This document shows, one piece after another, positions 1-12,365 of a stretch of DNA of 55,406 bases. The notes under the pieces are model-generated. The model did not search any database. It saw only the letters and a list, made by a program, of their open reading frames with translations, and was not told where the DNA came from. The stretch spans positions 20,282,685-20,338,090 of the forward strand of contig NC_069003.1 of NCBI RefSeq assembly GCF_001194135.2, read 5' to 3'. A program made the position numbers and the translations under genes. Each line of letters starts with the position of its first letter. Position 1 is the stretch's first letter. Source of the stretch: Octopus bimaculoides (lineage: Eukaryota).

Positions 1-187
1 AGAGAGAGAGAGAGAAAACGAGTTTCTTTCAGTTTCTGTCTAGAAAATCCACAAACAAGTTTATGGTTGGTTGGGAGCTATAGTAAATGAAACTTGTCCA
101 AGTTGTGTAGTGGGACCTGAAATTGTGCAATTAGGAAACAAAACTACTTAACCACATAGCTGTCTTTACACCTTTTTATCCATATAT

Positions 188-239
<52 letters not shown>

Positions 240-873
240 GTGTGTGTGCATGTGTGTTTGTGCCTATGTATTTATGTGTGTTTCCAATACCTTATAATAA
301 TGCTAATTTAATATATGGAGTTTTATATTTAATTCAATAATTGGCTATTAGTTTGATTCCAGGCACAATTTCCTGTGCCTTTGAAGTTCAATATCCATAT
401 GAACTGTAAAATTATTGATCCTACATTCCGTATGTTCATCTCTATAATACATTAAATCTGAAATTACAGACAGAGATTCATGTTTGCCTCTTCATCTCCT
501 CATCATTCTAGATCAGTGAGTGTGCACATGTGTCATAGACTGTATGTGAATTTGACATCAATGGTGGGGCTAATTTTTATTTGTATTTCATGTGATTATA
601 AGCAGAGTGAAATGGAATATATGCAGGTGAGGTGTGTGGTTAATAAATTCGTTTCTTCACTGCATATGGTTTTGGGGTTGGTTCAGTCACACTTTGTAGT
701 AGCTTTGGAAAGTGTTGTGTCTTCTGCTATAACTCAGGGCTGCTAATGCTTTGCCAGGGAATTTGGTCGATGGAAGCAATATGAAGCCCATCATATTAAT
801 ATATAAACATGTGTATGTATGTATATATGTATGTATGTGTGATGTTTTTGTGTGTGTGTATCTATATATATAT

Positions 874-933
<60 letters not shown>

Positions 934-1701
934 ATAAAAAGAAAAAANNNNNNNNNNNNNNNNNNNNNNNNNNNNNNNNNNNNNNNNNNNNNNNNNNNNN
1001 NNNNNNNNNNNNNNNNNNNNNNNNNNNNNNNNNNNNNNNNNNNNNNNNNNNNNNNNNNNNNNNNNNNNNNNNNNNNNNNNNNNNNNNNNNNNNNNNNNNN
1101 NNNNNNNNNNNNNNNNNNNNNNNNNNNNNNNNNNNNNNNNNNNNNNNNNNNNNNNNNNNNNNNNNNNNNNNNNNNNNNNNNNNNNNNNNNNNNNNNNNNN
1201 NNNNNNNNNNNNNNNNNNNNNNNNNNNNNNNNNNNNNNNNNNNNNNNNNNNNNNNNNNNNNNNNNNNNNNNNNNNNNNNNNNNNNNNNNNNNNNNNNNNN
1301 NNNNNNNNNNNNNNNNNNNNNNNNNNNNNNNNNNNNNNNNNNNNNNNNNNNNNNNNNNNNNNNNNNNNNNNNNNNNNNNNNNNNNNNNNNNNNNNNNNNN
1401 NNNNNNNNNNNNNNNNNNNNNNNNNNNNNNNNNNNNNNNNNNNNNNNNNNNNNNNNNNNNNNNNNNNNNNNNNNNNNNNNNNNNNNNNNNNNNNNNNNNN
1501 NNNNNNNNNNNNNNNNNNNNNNNNNNNNNNNNNNNNNNNNNNNNNNNNNNNNNNNNNNNNNNNNNNNNNNNNNNNNNNNNNNNNNNNNNNNNNNNNNNNN
1601 NNNNNNNNNNNNNNCTTATAGACACCTTCCACGCTGCAATTGTTTTCGTTCCAGCACACGATCTCAGATCAGGTCACTTGCTATGCAAGTGCATCTCCGT
1701 A

Positions 1702-1773
<72 letters not shown>

Positions 1774-1814
1774 ACATATATATATAGATAGATATATAGA
1801 TAGAGATATATGTA

Positions 1815-2190
1815 TTCTTTTATTTGTTACAGTCATCTTGACAGCAGCCATGCTGGGGCACCGCCTTTAGTTGAGCAAATTGACTTCAGGACTTATTCTT
1901 TGTAAGCTTAGTACTTATTGTATTAGTCTCTTTTGCCAAACCACTAAGTTACAGGGATGTAAACACACAAACAATGGTGAGAGGGACAAACACTGACCCA
2001 TGAACATATACACATATATATATCTATATATGATGGGCTGCTTTTAGTTTCTTTCTACCAAATCTACACACAAGGCTTTGGTTTGGCCTGAGGCTATAGA
2101 AGAAGACACTTGCCCAAGGTGCCACGCAGTGGGACTGAACCTGGAACCATGTGGTTGGTAAGCAAGCTACTTACCACACAGCCACTCCTG
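1815..2190 (-). mobile_element. Composite tRNA-derived SINE (family A: CORE-like head, microsatellite linker, 3' module)
   Basis: Minus strand reads ggagtggctgtgtggtaag (A-box), ggttcagtccc (B-box-like), gcaccttgggcaagtgtcttc (CORE-like), then (TA)n and the 3' module ending ccagcatggc..; same layout as 40763-41174 and 46320-47013. Confidence 0.85.
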
Positions 2191-2269
2191 TATATATGTC
2201 TATATCTATATTTATATATGTATATATATGCATAAAAACATAGGTATATATAGATATATGTGTCATAAT

Positions 2270-3050
2270 CATCATCATCATCTTCATCATTTAACGTCCG
2301 CTTTCCATGCTGGTATGGGTTAGATGGTTTGACTAGAACTGGTAAGCCAGAAATCTGCACTTGGTTTCAGTTTGATTGGGCATGGCATCTGCAGCTGAAT
2401 GCCCTTCCTAACACCAACTATTCTGAGGGTGTAATGGGTGCTTTTTACGTGTCACCAACACAAGTGCAATTTACATGACACCAGCAACAGCCAAGACTAT
2501 GATTTCATGTGTGCCATTCATATGACCCTAGCAAGAGTCATGACTATGATTTCACTTGGTTTGACAAGAGTCATGACTATGATTTCACTTGGTTTGACAA
2601 GTCTTCTCAAGCACAGCATATTGCGAAAGTTCTTGGCCACTTGTCATCACCTCCATGATGGTTGGCATTTGAAGATCATGCTACCAGCAGCAGCCATGAT
2701 TACAATTTCACAGGTGTCATTCACATGATACTGGCAATGGCCATGATTATGATTTCACTTGGCCTGATGAGTCTTTTCAAGCACAGCTTATTGCCAAAGG
2801 TCTCAGTCACTTATCATCATCTCCATTATGCCCAACATTTGAAGATCATGTTTCACCACCCCGTCTTATGTCTTCCACAGATTCCCTCTATAGTTAGAGC
2901 TTGGCACTTCTTTACATGGCTGTCCTCGTCTGTATGCATCACATGATCATACCAGTGTAGTTGTCCTCTCTTGCACACCACATCTGATGCCTCTTATGCC
3001 CCATTTTCCTCTCAAGACATTTACGCTCTGTCATGCATGCACATTGACAT
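2270..3050 (-). mobile_element. RTE-type LINE 3' end(s) with (CAT)n tail and internal tandem duplications
   Basis: Starts with (cat)n-ttaacgtccgctttccatgc..gctgaatgcccttcctaacaccaac, the tail seen elsewhere in the window. Contains two diverged copies of the ORF2 C-terminus (aagcacagcatattgc..ggtc..cacttgtcatc) and a perfect 33-bp tandem duplication at 2532-2597. Confidence 0.7.
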
Positions 3051-3059
3051 TGCACTTGC

Positions 3060-3160
3060 ATATCTGCGGGGTGGAGTGAACTGAAGTACATCTGTCAATG
3101 ATCAAAAATAAACAGCATAGCCAAAGCTACAAAGGCTTTTGGCAAACTCCACCATCATCT
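3060..3160 (+). mobile_element. Short RTE (BovB-like) ORF2 scrap
   Basis: Translates to IAKATKAFGKLHHHL, resembling the RIAKASxAFGxL motif. Confidence 0.5.
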
Positions 3161-3876
3161 CTGTCTACCTGCTACACTTCTCAGTCTGTCATCATCAGTG
3201 ATCAGATAGTTGCAGCCATCTCTGTGTGATCTTCTTGCTAACCTTTCGTAGGCCTCTGTAAGGGCAATTCATTTGTCATATATTGCTGCCATTTCAAATT
3301 TAGAGCCATTTGTAGCATCCTTGTGTAGCGTCCATTTAGCCCATTTGATCATTTCTTTGTCGGTGTCCATATTTCATTGCCATACAACAGCATTGATTCG
3401 ACAGTTGCAATGAACAGCTTCATTTTGATTTGGTGTTCCAGACTTTCTTAAGTTTGTGACAGGTTGCCCATTCTTGTGTTTTCATGATCTTGATGCCTGC
3501 TTTCAAACTGCTCACCCGACCACCTAAATACCTGAAGTCTTCAGCGACATTCTGTTTGGAACCACTCAGAACAAGCAGTTCAGTATCATTTGATTGGTTG
3601 AAAGGCATGTTTTCTATTTTCTTGGCGCTTGTGTGCAGTCCTGTCTTTGCAGCTGATGCTTCTACTCTGCTGAACAGCTGTTGAGCTTGATCTATTAGAC
3701 ATGAGTGATCTATTAGATAAGAGTGCTGTATCATCTGTGAAGTTCAGGTCTGTGATGGTTACTGCTGGCACTGTCCATGACCACTGTTCTCTGTTGGATT
3801 ATGTATACAATTACAAACAGATATGGTACAAGTGTATCTCCTTGTAGCACCCCAGCTAGTATTTGAAAGAATTCAG
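3150..3876 (-). mobile_element. RTE-clade LINE ORF2, 3' segment (decayed RT C-terminal half)
   Basis: Minus-strand frames give EFFQILAGVLQGDTLVPYLFVI, TDLNFTDDTALLS (ADD-box variant), FRYLGG, WATCHKLKKVW and YTRMLQMALN-like motifs, with frameshifts and stops. Confidence 0.85.
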
Positions 3877-4340
3877 AGTGCCAAAAACTTAAAGGAGGGA
3901 AAAGCTGCTGGCCCTGAGGAAATTCCCCTGAAGTTATCAAGAAATACAAAAGTCAAGAAACCTCAACAATGAAACTAACGACAGAGGAGTTGCACTGTCC
4001 AATATCTCACTCAAAGTCATCAACGAAATGATCCTCGATAGGATTCAGCAGGTGCTTCATAGCCATCTAAGACCAAATCAAAATGGATTTAGACCAAGGA
4101 GAGCCACAAGATCTCGGATCTTAGCCCTGAGGCATATCATAGGAGTTAAATCAAGACTGCTACCTATCATTATAACCTTTATGGACTTCAGCAACAGGTT
4201 TGACAGCACCAGTTGCTACAAAAGTTTGAAGATCCTTCAAGCTTATGGCATTCCAGAAGAACTAGTTCTAGCTATTGCAAAGACCTATGAGAAGACCAGA
4301 ACTCGTATGCTGTCATCGGATGGAGAAATGGAATTCTTTC
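3877..4340 (+). mobile_element. RTE-clade LINE ORF2, RT N-terminal segment inverted relative to 3150-3876
   Basis: Plus frames give GKAAGPEEIP, RGVALSNISLKVINEMILDRIQ, LRPNQNGFRPRR, FMDFSNRFDS and AYGIPEELV..SDGEMEFF, i.e. the RT domains that immediately precede the minus-strand segment. Confidence 0.85.
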
Positions 4341-4853
4341 GGAATAGCTGTCCCACATATGTTGGAATTTTGCAAATTTTGTCAGGATTTTCCCTTTTTT
4401 TTCATTGCATTGCAAAACAGTGAAGGGAAGCCTTTTTAAAACAAAGGTCTTAAAAATCTGTGTCTTTTTAATGTTTGTTTCTCTCCTCACACAAACACAC
4501 TCATCATATCTTGTCAAACTGTCCAGCCCATGCCAGCATGGAAAACAGATGCTAAATGTTGATGATTGTTTACCCTGGGTCAGATTCTGTGGTGAGGCTC
4601 AGTAATTCAGGTATTTTGGCAAATATGGTGCTACTCCTTACTCCATCACTGCTCCCAGGTTTGTTCTAAAATAGGTTGGTAGTTACCCCCATTATAGATC
4701 AGATGACAGAAGATGGACCTGTGGCTAAAGTATACAGAACTAGTAGGAGAACTGGCCTTGAAACATGGGTCCTACAGGCTCACTGGTATGTGAACATGGC
4801 CTCATGTCATGTGAACCGGTTCCCCTACCTAAGATTGAAACAGGCCAGTTGCC

Positions 4854-5077
4854 TTAAACCTTTAGTATTTAAGCCAATCATATCATGGCCTATCATTCTA
4901 CTTATATGTCCAAACTGTCCAGATCTGGCTTCTCACACCTACCCTATGATGTCATTTTTAAAATAAACCATTACATCATCAAAATGTCAGAGCTAAAAGA
5001 CAGTGCATGATTAATTCGGACAATCTTGATAAATAAGCTTTACATTTGATAGAATAATTTGAATGCTAAATGGTTAA
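4854..5077. mobile_element. TTAA-flanked piggyBac-like MITE, family 1
   Basis: TTAA-acctttagtatttaa ... ttgaatgctaaatgg-TTAA: imperfect terminal inverted repeats with TTAA on both sides; interior homologous, in opposite orientation, to 29524-30225. Confidence 0.7.
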
Positions 5078-6069
5078 GGGTAAGTACAGGGAAGTAGGAG
5101 ATTTATTGGGTAAACTATAAATAAACTAAATTAACTGACAGAAGGCAATGCAAACCATTGTTGTATCTGTACCACAAAAAATCATGAATCCTCACACTTT
5201 GGCATAAAATTCCTTGATCGCTGATTCCTACAGATTTGGCACATGAAAACAGAGAAAAGTTTTTGTGGAATATTATATATAAGGAGCATAAACAGGATGT
5301 TCAAAACACTTTTCATACCATTTTTATTCTCAGGATAAAATACTTAATCAATGAAACTCTACAGAAGACTGAGAAATTGAGTAAAAGATCACATATTGTC
5401 AATGTATTTATATCTTGAAAGTCTTAGAAGGAAGTATTTTTCATTGATATCAATAAATGATACTTGTATAATATAATACTTAACTGATCATCAGTTGATG
5501 TAATCTGCTGTCTACACTTGTAGAATAATAAAATTATTTTTATGAGTTAATTAACTTTAGCCTGAAAAGTGATTTTAATAAAGTATATACTTTGCCTCTT
5601 TGTTGCAATTCTTGAAGTAGCAACTTGCACTCTCAAGTGTGTGGACACCCAGGTTGTAAGATCCCAGCACAGAAATGCCTTTTTTTTTAATTATTAGTTG
5701 TGTTGCTTATCCCCGGATTATCTCTCCAATTGAGCTGATCCAATGTCAAAGATGTTTCAGCTTTGACCTACATCTAGGACATGGTCCAAGGGAGATTTGA
5801 CTGCTATTTCTGTTTATCTTTCTGTGCATACAATAACCATGCAGATACACATAAAATATGCATTGTGTTTATTTATGCATAGCTAAAGCCACACAACAAT
5901 GCTAAATATACACACTTATGATAGAAGTGAGCAAACAATGTCAATATATTGTTTAGTATGGTAACTGAGTGCAGTCTTGACCTTGATAAACCTTTGGGAT
6001 TAATGCAGGCCAGCCAGCATGGAAGGCAGTCGTTAAATGATGATGATGATGATGATGATACATCACCAT

Positions 6070-6103
<34 letters not shown>

Positions 6104-6318
6104 CTTCACACAGGTATACAATACATGATTGCATATGTGGATATGGTGTGTGTATGGGTGTTGCTATTGCTACATGCACCTATTCACGCATGCAGTGGCT
6201 CGAGAACAAAATTTGCTTTGGGGGTGCAAACCCAAGTCCAAATTTTTTAATGAAAAATGTGGATTTTTTCAATGTTAACATTAAAACAAATGTAGATATA
6301 AGAATAATTTTTATTACT

Positions 6319-6720
6319 ATGAGGGTCAGCTGAAATGTTCATAGGCTGAGCAAGACACTCTCATGGAATGGGACCAAATGAAGTTAATTCTTTAACTTAG
6401 TTCCTCTTACTGTCCACACACTTCCATAAGTGGTTGCAGTGCTTGGATCGCACTGGTGAAGAAGCTATTCTGTTGGTCAAAATGGTCATCAACAGCAGAT
6501 AAGACATTATCATCACAGTGATGCTGGTGCTCAGCTGATTTTTTTTCAATGTTGGAAAACAGATGGTAACCAGATGGAACCAAATCGCTAACATAGGGAG
6601 GGTGATCAACCACTTCAAAGCCAGTCATGCACAGCAGCCATTGGTACCAAGGACTTGTGTCCTTATGAAACAAGACCCATTCATCAGTTTTTCTGGGTGT
6701 TTGATCTTGATAACCTTTCA
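6319..6720 (-). mobile_element. Mariner transposase relic (C-terminus) plus one terminal repeat
   Basis: Minus translation EVVDHPPYVSDLVPSGYHLF (mariner HPPYSPDLAPSDY motif), SAIQAL and WKCVDSKRN; TA-tgagggtcagctgaaatgttc terminus at about 6318. Confidence 0.85.
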
Positions 6721-7539
6721 TAAATGCCATAGCAAGTTGGCATTGAACTTTACATTTGTGGTGTGATTATTCTGAAGATAGTCAATAAACACAATATTTT
6801 TTTCATTAATGTATAATATATGTAATAATGTGAAATATATTTTGCATATTAAAATGTTTAATTTTGGAAATATATCAAGTGAAGCAAACATAAGCAGTAA
6901 AAATACAAATTGCAAGTATTTCAAAATGTGGGACCCTACATGAAAACTGACAAAAAAGGAAGAAAATAGTGGTGTTTGTGTTCCAAAGGTACAATGAGAG
7001 GGCTCAAGAGAAAGACAGAAAGATGGGATAGAAGGGAAAAAAGATAGAAGGAAAGAAAAGAATGAAAAGTGAAAAGGTAAACTGGGAGTCTGAAGTGAAT
7101 GCTAGGCAGGAGATGAAACAAAATACATGTCTTACCTATACACTAGTCAAATAGAAAAAAGATCATTGATAAAAAATTGGATGGTCTTCTGGTGCCAAAA
7201 AGCAAAGAAAGAGAGACAGAATAGAGTAGAGAAGGTTGTGGAAGAGCAAGTATGAAGAAAGAGGGAGTGCAGAGAAAAAAGGGAATAAAGATGGACAGTA
7301 GGTAGTTGATGGAGATGGACAAACGAAGAAATGGAAGGTAGTAAAGAGACAGGTAGAGAAGTAGATAGAAATAGATGGGGAAGGTTTTGTGCACAAGAGA
7401 GGAGAGGAGAAGGACAGAGAAATAGAGAGAAGTCTTGCATCAAATATTGAACACTGTGTGGGGTACCACTGAGTGGAAACAGAAGTGGGGTGTGTGACAT
7501 TACATTGACTAACAGCTGTAAGATGTTGTACAGAAGGCC

Positions 7540-7572
<33 letters not shown>

Positions 7573-7636
7573 CTATATATATATACAGAATACCTAGCTT
7601 TGTGGGTGTTCTAACACCAGCTGTGTGGTAAGAATA

Positions 7637-7875
7637 GGCACAGGCATAGTTGCATGGTAAGAAGCTTGCTTCCCAACCACATGATTCTGGGTTCAGTCCC
7701 ACTGCGTGACACCTTGGGCAAGTGTCTTCTGCTACAGCCTCAGGCCAACTAATGCCTTGTGAGTGGATTTGGTAGACAGAAACTGAAAGAAGCCTCACGT
7801 GTATATATATGTATATATATTTATGTGTCTGTGTCTTTGTGTTTGTGTTTGCCCACATGCAACTGATGCTTGAAA
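7637..7875 (+). mobile_element. Family A SINE, head and linker
   Basis: gcatggtaagaagcttgcttcccaaccacatgattctgggttcagtcccactgcgtgacaccttgggcaagtgtc, followed by (TA)/(TG) linker. Confidence 0.85.
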
Positions 7876-8409
7876 GTGACTGAGTGAGAATCAGTGTCAG
7901 GCAGTGGATGCCTGGATCTGAGGGAGGCCTGTGTTGCCAGATGCTACCATAGTTATCATGTGCACAGCTGCCCAACGTCCGAAAATCGATTTTTTATTTA
8001 TTTATTTTTTTTGTGGTTGTAAGTGCAGATGACCGTAAGTTGCATAGGTCATAAGCTGAGGAAAAGGGGTACATTGCTTCCAGCTGGCAGAGTGAGCAAC
8101 ACCCTCGATTTGTCCCCAACCTATGCCCTTCCCCTTCCACCATTGGTTGGCTCCACTGTGCTTCGTGTGTCCCACATTATATTGATAATTCTACCTCTTA
8201 CTATCACTCACCTATATTGGACAATTCAAACAGCTCCTCTTTCCACAACATATCATACCAACTGCCCCACCTTTACACCTCCACCTCCACATTGATCTTT
8301 TATGGCTGCATTACCTTTATTTATTATCTTTCTGTTGTTGACCTACATTACAAGAATTTTAAATATACTTACTGTCGGAGGCAGTTGCAAATTGAACTGT
8401 ATACATTAG

Positions 8410-8451
<42 letters not shown>

Positions 8452-8559
8452 GTTCATGTATGTAAGTGCATGAATGTATGTGTGTGTGTTTAAGTATTTG
8501 TAAATGTCAGTGCACAAAAGTGTGTGTGTGTGTTGTGTGTGTGTGTACAAATGTATGTG

Positions 8560-9045
8560 AAGGTGTGTGACTGAGTGATTAGGGCAGTGGTTCCCAACCC
8601 GTGGTCCGCAGATCCCTGGTGGTCCAAAAAGGAAGTAATGGAGGTCCGTCAGTATGTCGAGCTGACAGACCTTTCAATATCCTGAGGTCTGTAAGAAAGC
8701 TCATTTAAATAAAAGGGGTCCTTGGTAGAGAGAAGGTTGAGAACTACTGGGTTAAGGTATTCAGCTTGTGATCGTAAGATTGTGAGTTCAATTCCCTGCA
8801 GCACATCATGTCCTTGAGCAAGACACTCCACTTCATTGCTCCAGTCCACTCAGCTGCCATAAATGAGTTGTACTTGTATTTCATAGGTGTCAGCCATGTC
8901 ACATTCTATGTCACACTGAATCTCCTTCGGAACTAGATTAAAGGTACACATGTCTATGGAGTACTCAGCCACTTTCTGTTCATTTCATGAGCAGGTTGTT
9001 CTGTTGATCGGATCAACTGAAACCCTTGTGGTCATAACCAATAAG
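8560..9045 (+). mobile_element. tRNA-derived SINE (family B), interrupted by the hAT MITE
   Basis: Removing the MITE rejoins gactgagtg-ttagggtattcagcttgtgatcgtaagattgtgagttcaattcc (A-box..B-box), followed by gtccttgagcaagacact; related truncated heads near 12625 and 21850. Confidence 0.7.
8585..8749. mobile_element. hAT-type (Charlie-like) MITE, 165 bp
   Basis: TIRs CAGTGGTTCCCAACC / GGTTGAGAACTACTG (13/15 complementary); flanking 8-mers gattaggg / ggttaagg (6/8 identical, central TA) fit a decayed 8-bp TSD. Confidence 0.8.
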
Positions 9046-9068
9046 TGCAAATTACATATGTATGTGTT

Positions 9069-9126
<58 letters not shown>

Positions 9127-9431
9127 TATAAGCTTAACAAGTTACATATCTATGTGTATATACATAAATATATATATGTATATATATATCAATTAGAAAA
9201 TAGAGGATAATGTGCTGTACCTAACGACTTGCAGACAGTGTATCCCATTGAATTCATTAACTTAATTTGTAACTAAAGTGACAAAAAACCACAAAGTACA
9301 AGTGTTTATGACAAACCATGTTATATTGAACTCTCTTGCATTATATATATATATTTATATATAGTAATAATAATACATATGAAGCTGGAAGTGTGTCTTG
9401 GGTACTGGTATGTATGTATGTATGTTTGTAT

Positions 9432-9825
9432 GTATGTATCTTTTAGCTTTTACCTGTTTCAGTCGTTAGACTGCAGCCATGCTGGGGTACAGGCTTGAAG
9501 AATTTTTAGTCAGATGAATCGACCTCAGTACTTATTTTTTAAAGCTTGGTACTTATTCTATCATTCTATTTTGCTGAACTGCTAAGTTACAGGGACATAA
9601 ACATGCAAACAGTGGTTGTCAAGCAGTAGTAGGGGATGAACTCAGACATGAAGACACACACACACACACACACATGATGGGCTTCTTTCAGTTTCCATAT
9701 ACCAAATTCACACGAGGCTTTGTTCAGCCTGAAGTTATAAAAGACATTTGCTTAAGTTGCCATGCAGTGGGACTGAACCCAGAACTATGTGGTTGGGAAG
9801 CAAACTTCTTAATACACAGCCACAC
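9432..9825 (-). mobile_element. Family A composite SINE
   Basis: Full head-(CA)n-3' module layout on the minus strand. Confidence 0.85.
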
Positions 9826-9834
9826 CAACACGGA

Positions 9835-10040
9835 GTAGATAAAACAGGGGACAACTGATGAAGGGATTGTTCTTTATGTTGCATGTCTCGTTTCTCTATT
9901 TGTTCCTTTCGTTGTTCGAAAAAAAGCTTGTTTTACATATTTTTGTTTTTTATGTTCTCGTTTTTCATTTTGTTTACGTTTTTTGACTTCCAGTACCCAT
10001 ATATGCATGTATATACACATATATATGTAGATATGTACAT
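9835..10040 (+). mobile_element. Penelope-like terminal-repeat-derived sequence
   Basis: caaCTGATGAagggattgttc followed by T-rich sequence and cccatatatgcatgtatatacac..gtagatatgtacat, similar in layout to the minus strand of 48420-48600. Confidence 0.45.
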
Positions 10041-10055
10041 ATAATTACGTACATA

Positions 10056-10094
<39 letters not shown>

Positions 10095-11141
10095 TATATT
10101 ATATATGTATGCATGTATGTATATATGACTGTATCTCTGCCTATAACAATAATACCCGAATTAACACTCTGGATACATCCCTGGAAATGCTAACTGTAAG
10201 GGCACTATTCAAGCTCATTATAATATAGCTTAAGTAGTGACACAATCTATACACAACAGTGATATGAATATAGATTAAATGATGATGATGCACATTGTAA
10301 TCTCAAGTCATGAGGCACTGCTTGTAGGACTTTGACATTCATTTATAATTATCGCATAAGAGCAAACAAAGAGACACTATCACTAATACATGCACTGACA
10401 CACACACACACACACATGCACACACATGCACACACACACATGCACACACACACACCCCATGATGATGATGATTATCATCATTGTTATCATCCCTCATGAT
10501 GTCATCATTTAACATCCATGTTCCATCATTGGTATGGATTGGATGGTTGGACAGGATCTGATAGGGTCCGAGGACCGCATCATGCTCCCATATATGGTTT
10601 CAGTGGCTGTATATCCAGCTCATAAACAGGAACTACACACACACACACACACGCATGCATACACATGCACACATAGACATGCACACATAGACATGCACAC
10701 ATACACATGCACACATAGACATGCACACAATGATTCAGTTTCCATCCACCATATCCACTTCCAAGGCTTTGGTTGGCTTGAGACCTTAGTAGAAGATATT
10801 TACCCAAAGTGCCATGTAGTAGAACTGAACCTAAAACCATGTGGTTGGCAAGCCTTCTTAACCACGCAACTATAAAATTTATGCTATAAAATTATAAAAC
10901 CCATTAAATTAATCAACTTCAATCTTGTGTATATAAACCTAATCACCATTAATTCAGTTGAAAAGCATCAGTGAGAAAGACTACAATAAGAGACACCAGA
11001 TGCTTTGAAGAATACATCCAAATATCTTGTCTTTTATTGAGTTTTTTCTCAAGAAAGAGATTCTTTGCTTTGCCACTGTACTCCCAGTAAGAGCTGTTCT
11101 CAGTGAAGTGGTCCATGATTTCCATAATTTTAGTGATTTTA

Positions 11142-11303
11142 CAACAAGCAAAGTAGCTAGTTAGAAAATCTCAATGAGAGATGAAAGCAGTAGTTATACT
11201 GAGAAGTAATGTTAATTGCCACATCAATATGGCTGTTACTTCTCAGTACAGTTATTACTTTCATGTCTTATAGAGATTTTCTATCTAGCTACTTTGCTTG
11301 TTG
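11142..11303. repeat. Fold-back element: 68-bp inverted arms with a 26-nt loop
   Basis: caacaagcaaagtagctagttagaaaatctc..tactgagaagtaa versus ttacttctcagta..gagattttctatctagctactttgcttgttg; 59/68 complementary by manual alignment. Confidence 0.9.
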
Positions 11304-11784
11304 CAAGATCAGTGACTAATAGTCACTTTGCTTTCTAAATATTGAGAGCTGGAGTATACTCCAACTATTTCTCTAGTGGTTGGGTGTTCATGTCTGAAGG
11401 TGGGCACAAGTAGCTCAAAACTAATATGGTCTTGTGATTCTGTCATCTGCTGGAGGATGGTAGGGGTTCGCTCCCCTGCTTGCAATATATACAGAGTGTA
11501 GGCTGCACCTATAACCAGCTGGCATAAGATCTGCCTGGGATTAAAATGGTAATAATATCAAACAGCCATATTGGAGTGGCAATAAACATTACCTTGGGGA
11601 TTTTGCTTTTGAAGAATACAGGATTAAGAATTCTTTCTTTCCCATGGGATTTTCAGGCTCATTTTAGATTCATTGTCTTGATGGTTCCTGTGGCTCTTTA
11701 ATTCTTACAATAAGAGTCCATAAATGCTTCTAAATCATTCACATTGGCCATCTCATGACTTTTGGTATTATTTCTTCACAAAAT

Positions 11785-11975
11785 AAGGCAGCAAGTTGGC
11801 AGAGTTATTAGCATGCCAGACAAAATGCTTAGTGGAATTTCTTTGGGCTTTATGTTTTGAATTCAGATTCCATCAAGGTTGACTTTGCCTTCCGTCCTGT
11901 TGGGGTTTATGAAATAAGAACACAGGGGAGTAAAGGGATCAATGTAATTGACTGACCACCCTTCTCCCAAGATTT
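11785..11975 (+). mobile_element. tRNA-derived SINE (family C), diverged copy
   Basis: A-box-like gttggcagagttattagc, B-box-like gaattcagattcc, central gactttgccttccgtcctgttggggtttatgaaataag. Confidence 0.7.
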
Positions 11976-12091
11976 CAGACCTTTTTTCCTATAGCAGAAT
12001 TATTTCTTTGTAAAATTCTAGAAAGTTGGTACATAGTCTCTTCCAAGCTTTCTTCATAAAAGCAATTACAGCTGGGAAGATATATATTAGC

Positions 12092-12365
12092 AAGAGCGGT
12101 AAGCTGGCAGAACCGTTAGCACACTGGGCGAAATGCTTAGCGGTATTTCGTCTGCCGTCACGTTTTGAGTTCAAATTCTGCAGAGGTAGGCTTTGCCTTT
12201 TGTCCTTTTGGGGTCGATTAAATTAAGTACCAGTTATGCACTGGGGTCAATGTAGTCAACTTAATCCCTTTGGTTGTCCTTGTTTGTCCCGTTTATGTTT
12301 AGTCCCCTGTGGGCAATAAAGAAACTTCTTGAATATAAATATAGACCCCCTGTGGGCAATAAAGA
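12092..12365 (+). mobile_element. Family C SINE with duplicated 3' end
   Basis: ggtaagctggcagaaccgttagc..gagttcaaattc..ctttgccttttgtccttttggggtcgattaaattaagtaccag (resembles a Deu/Nin-type central domain, from memory); cccctgtgggcaataaaga repeated at 12304 and 12347. Confidence 0.8.

Noticed and set aside
6936-7440. Leu/Phe/Ser-rich - strand ORFs resembling transmembrane segments
   Set aside because: They derive from a GA-rich low-complexity tract; the same applies to 25668-26066 and 47857-48090.
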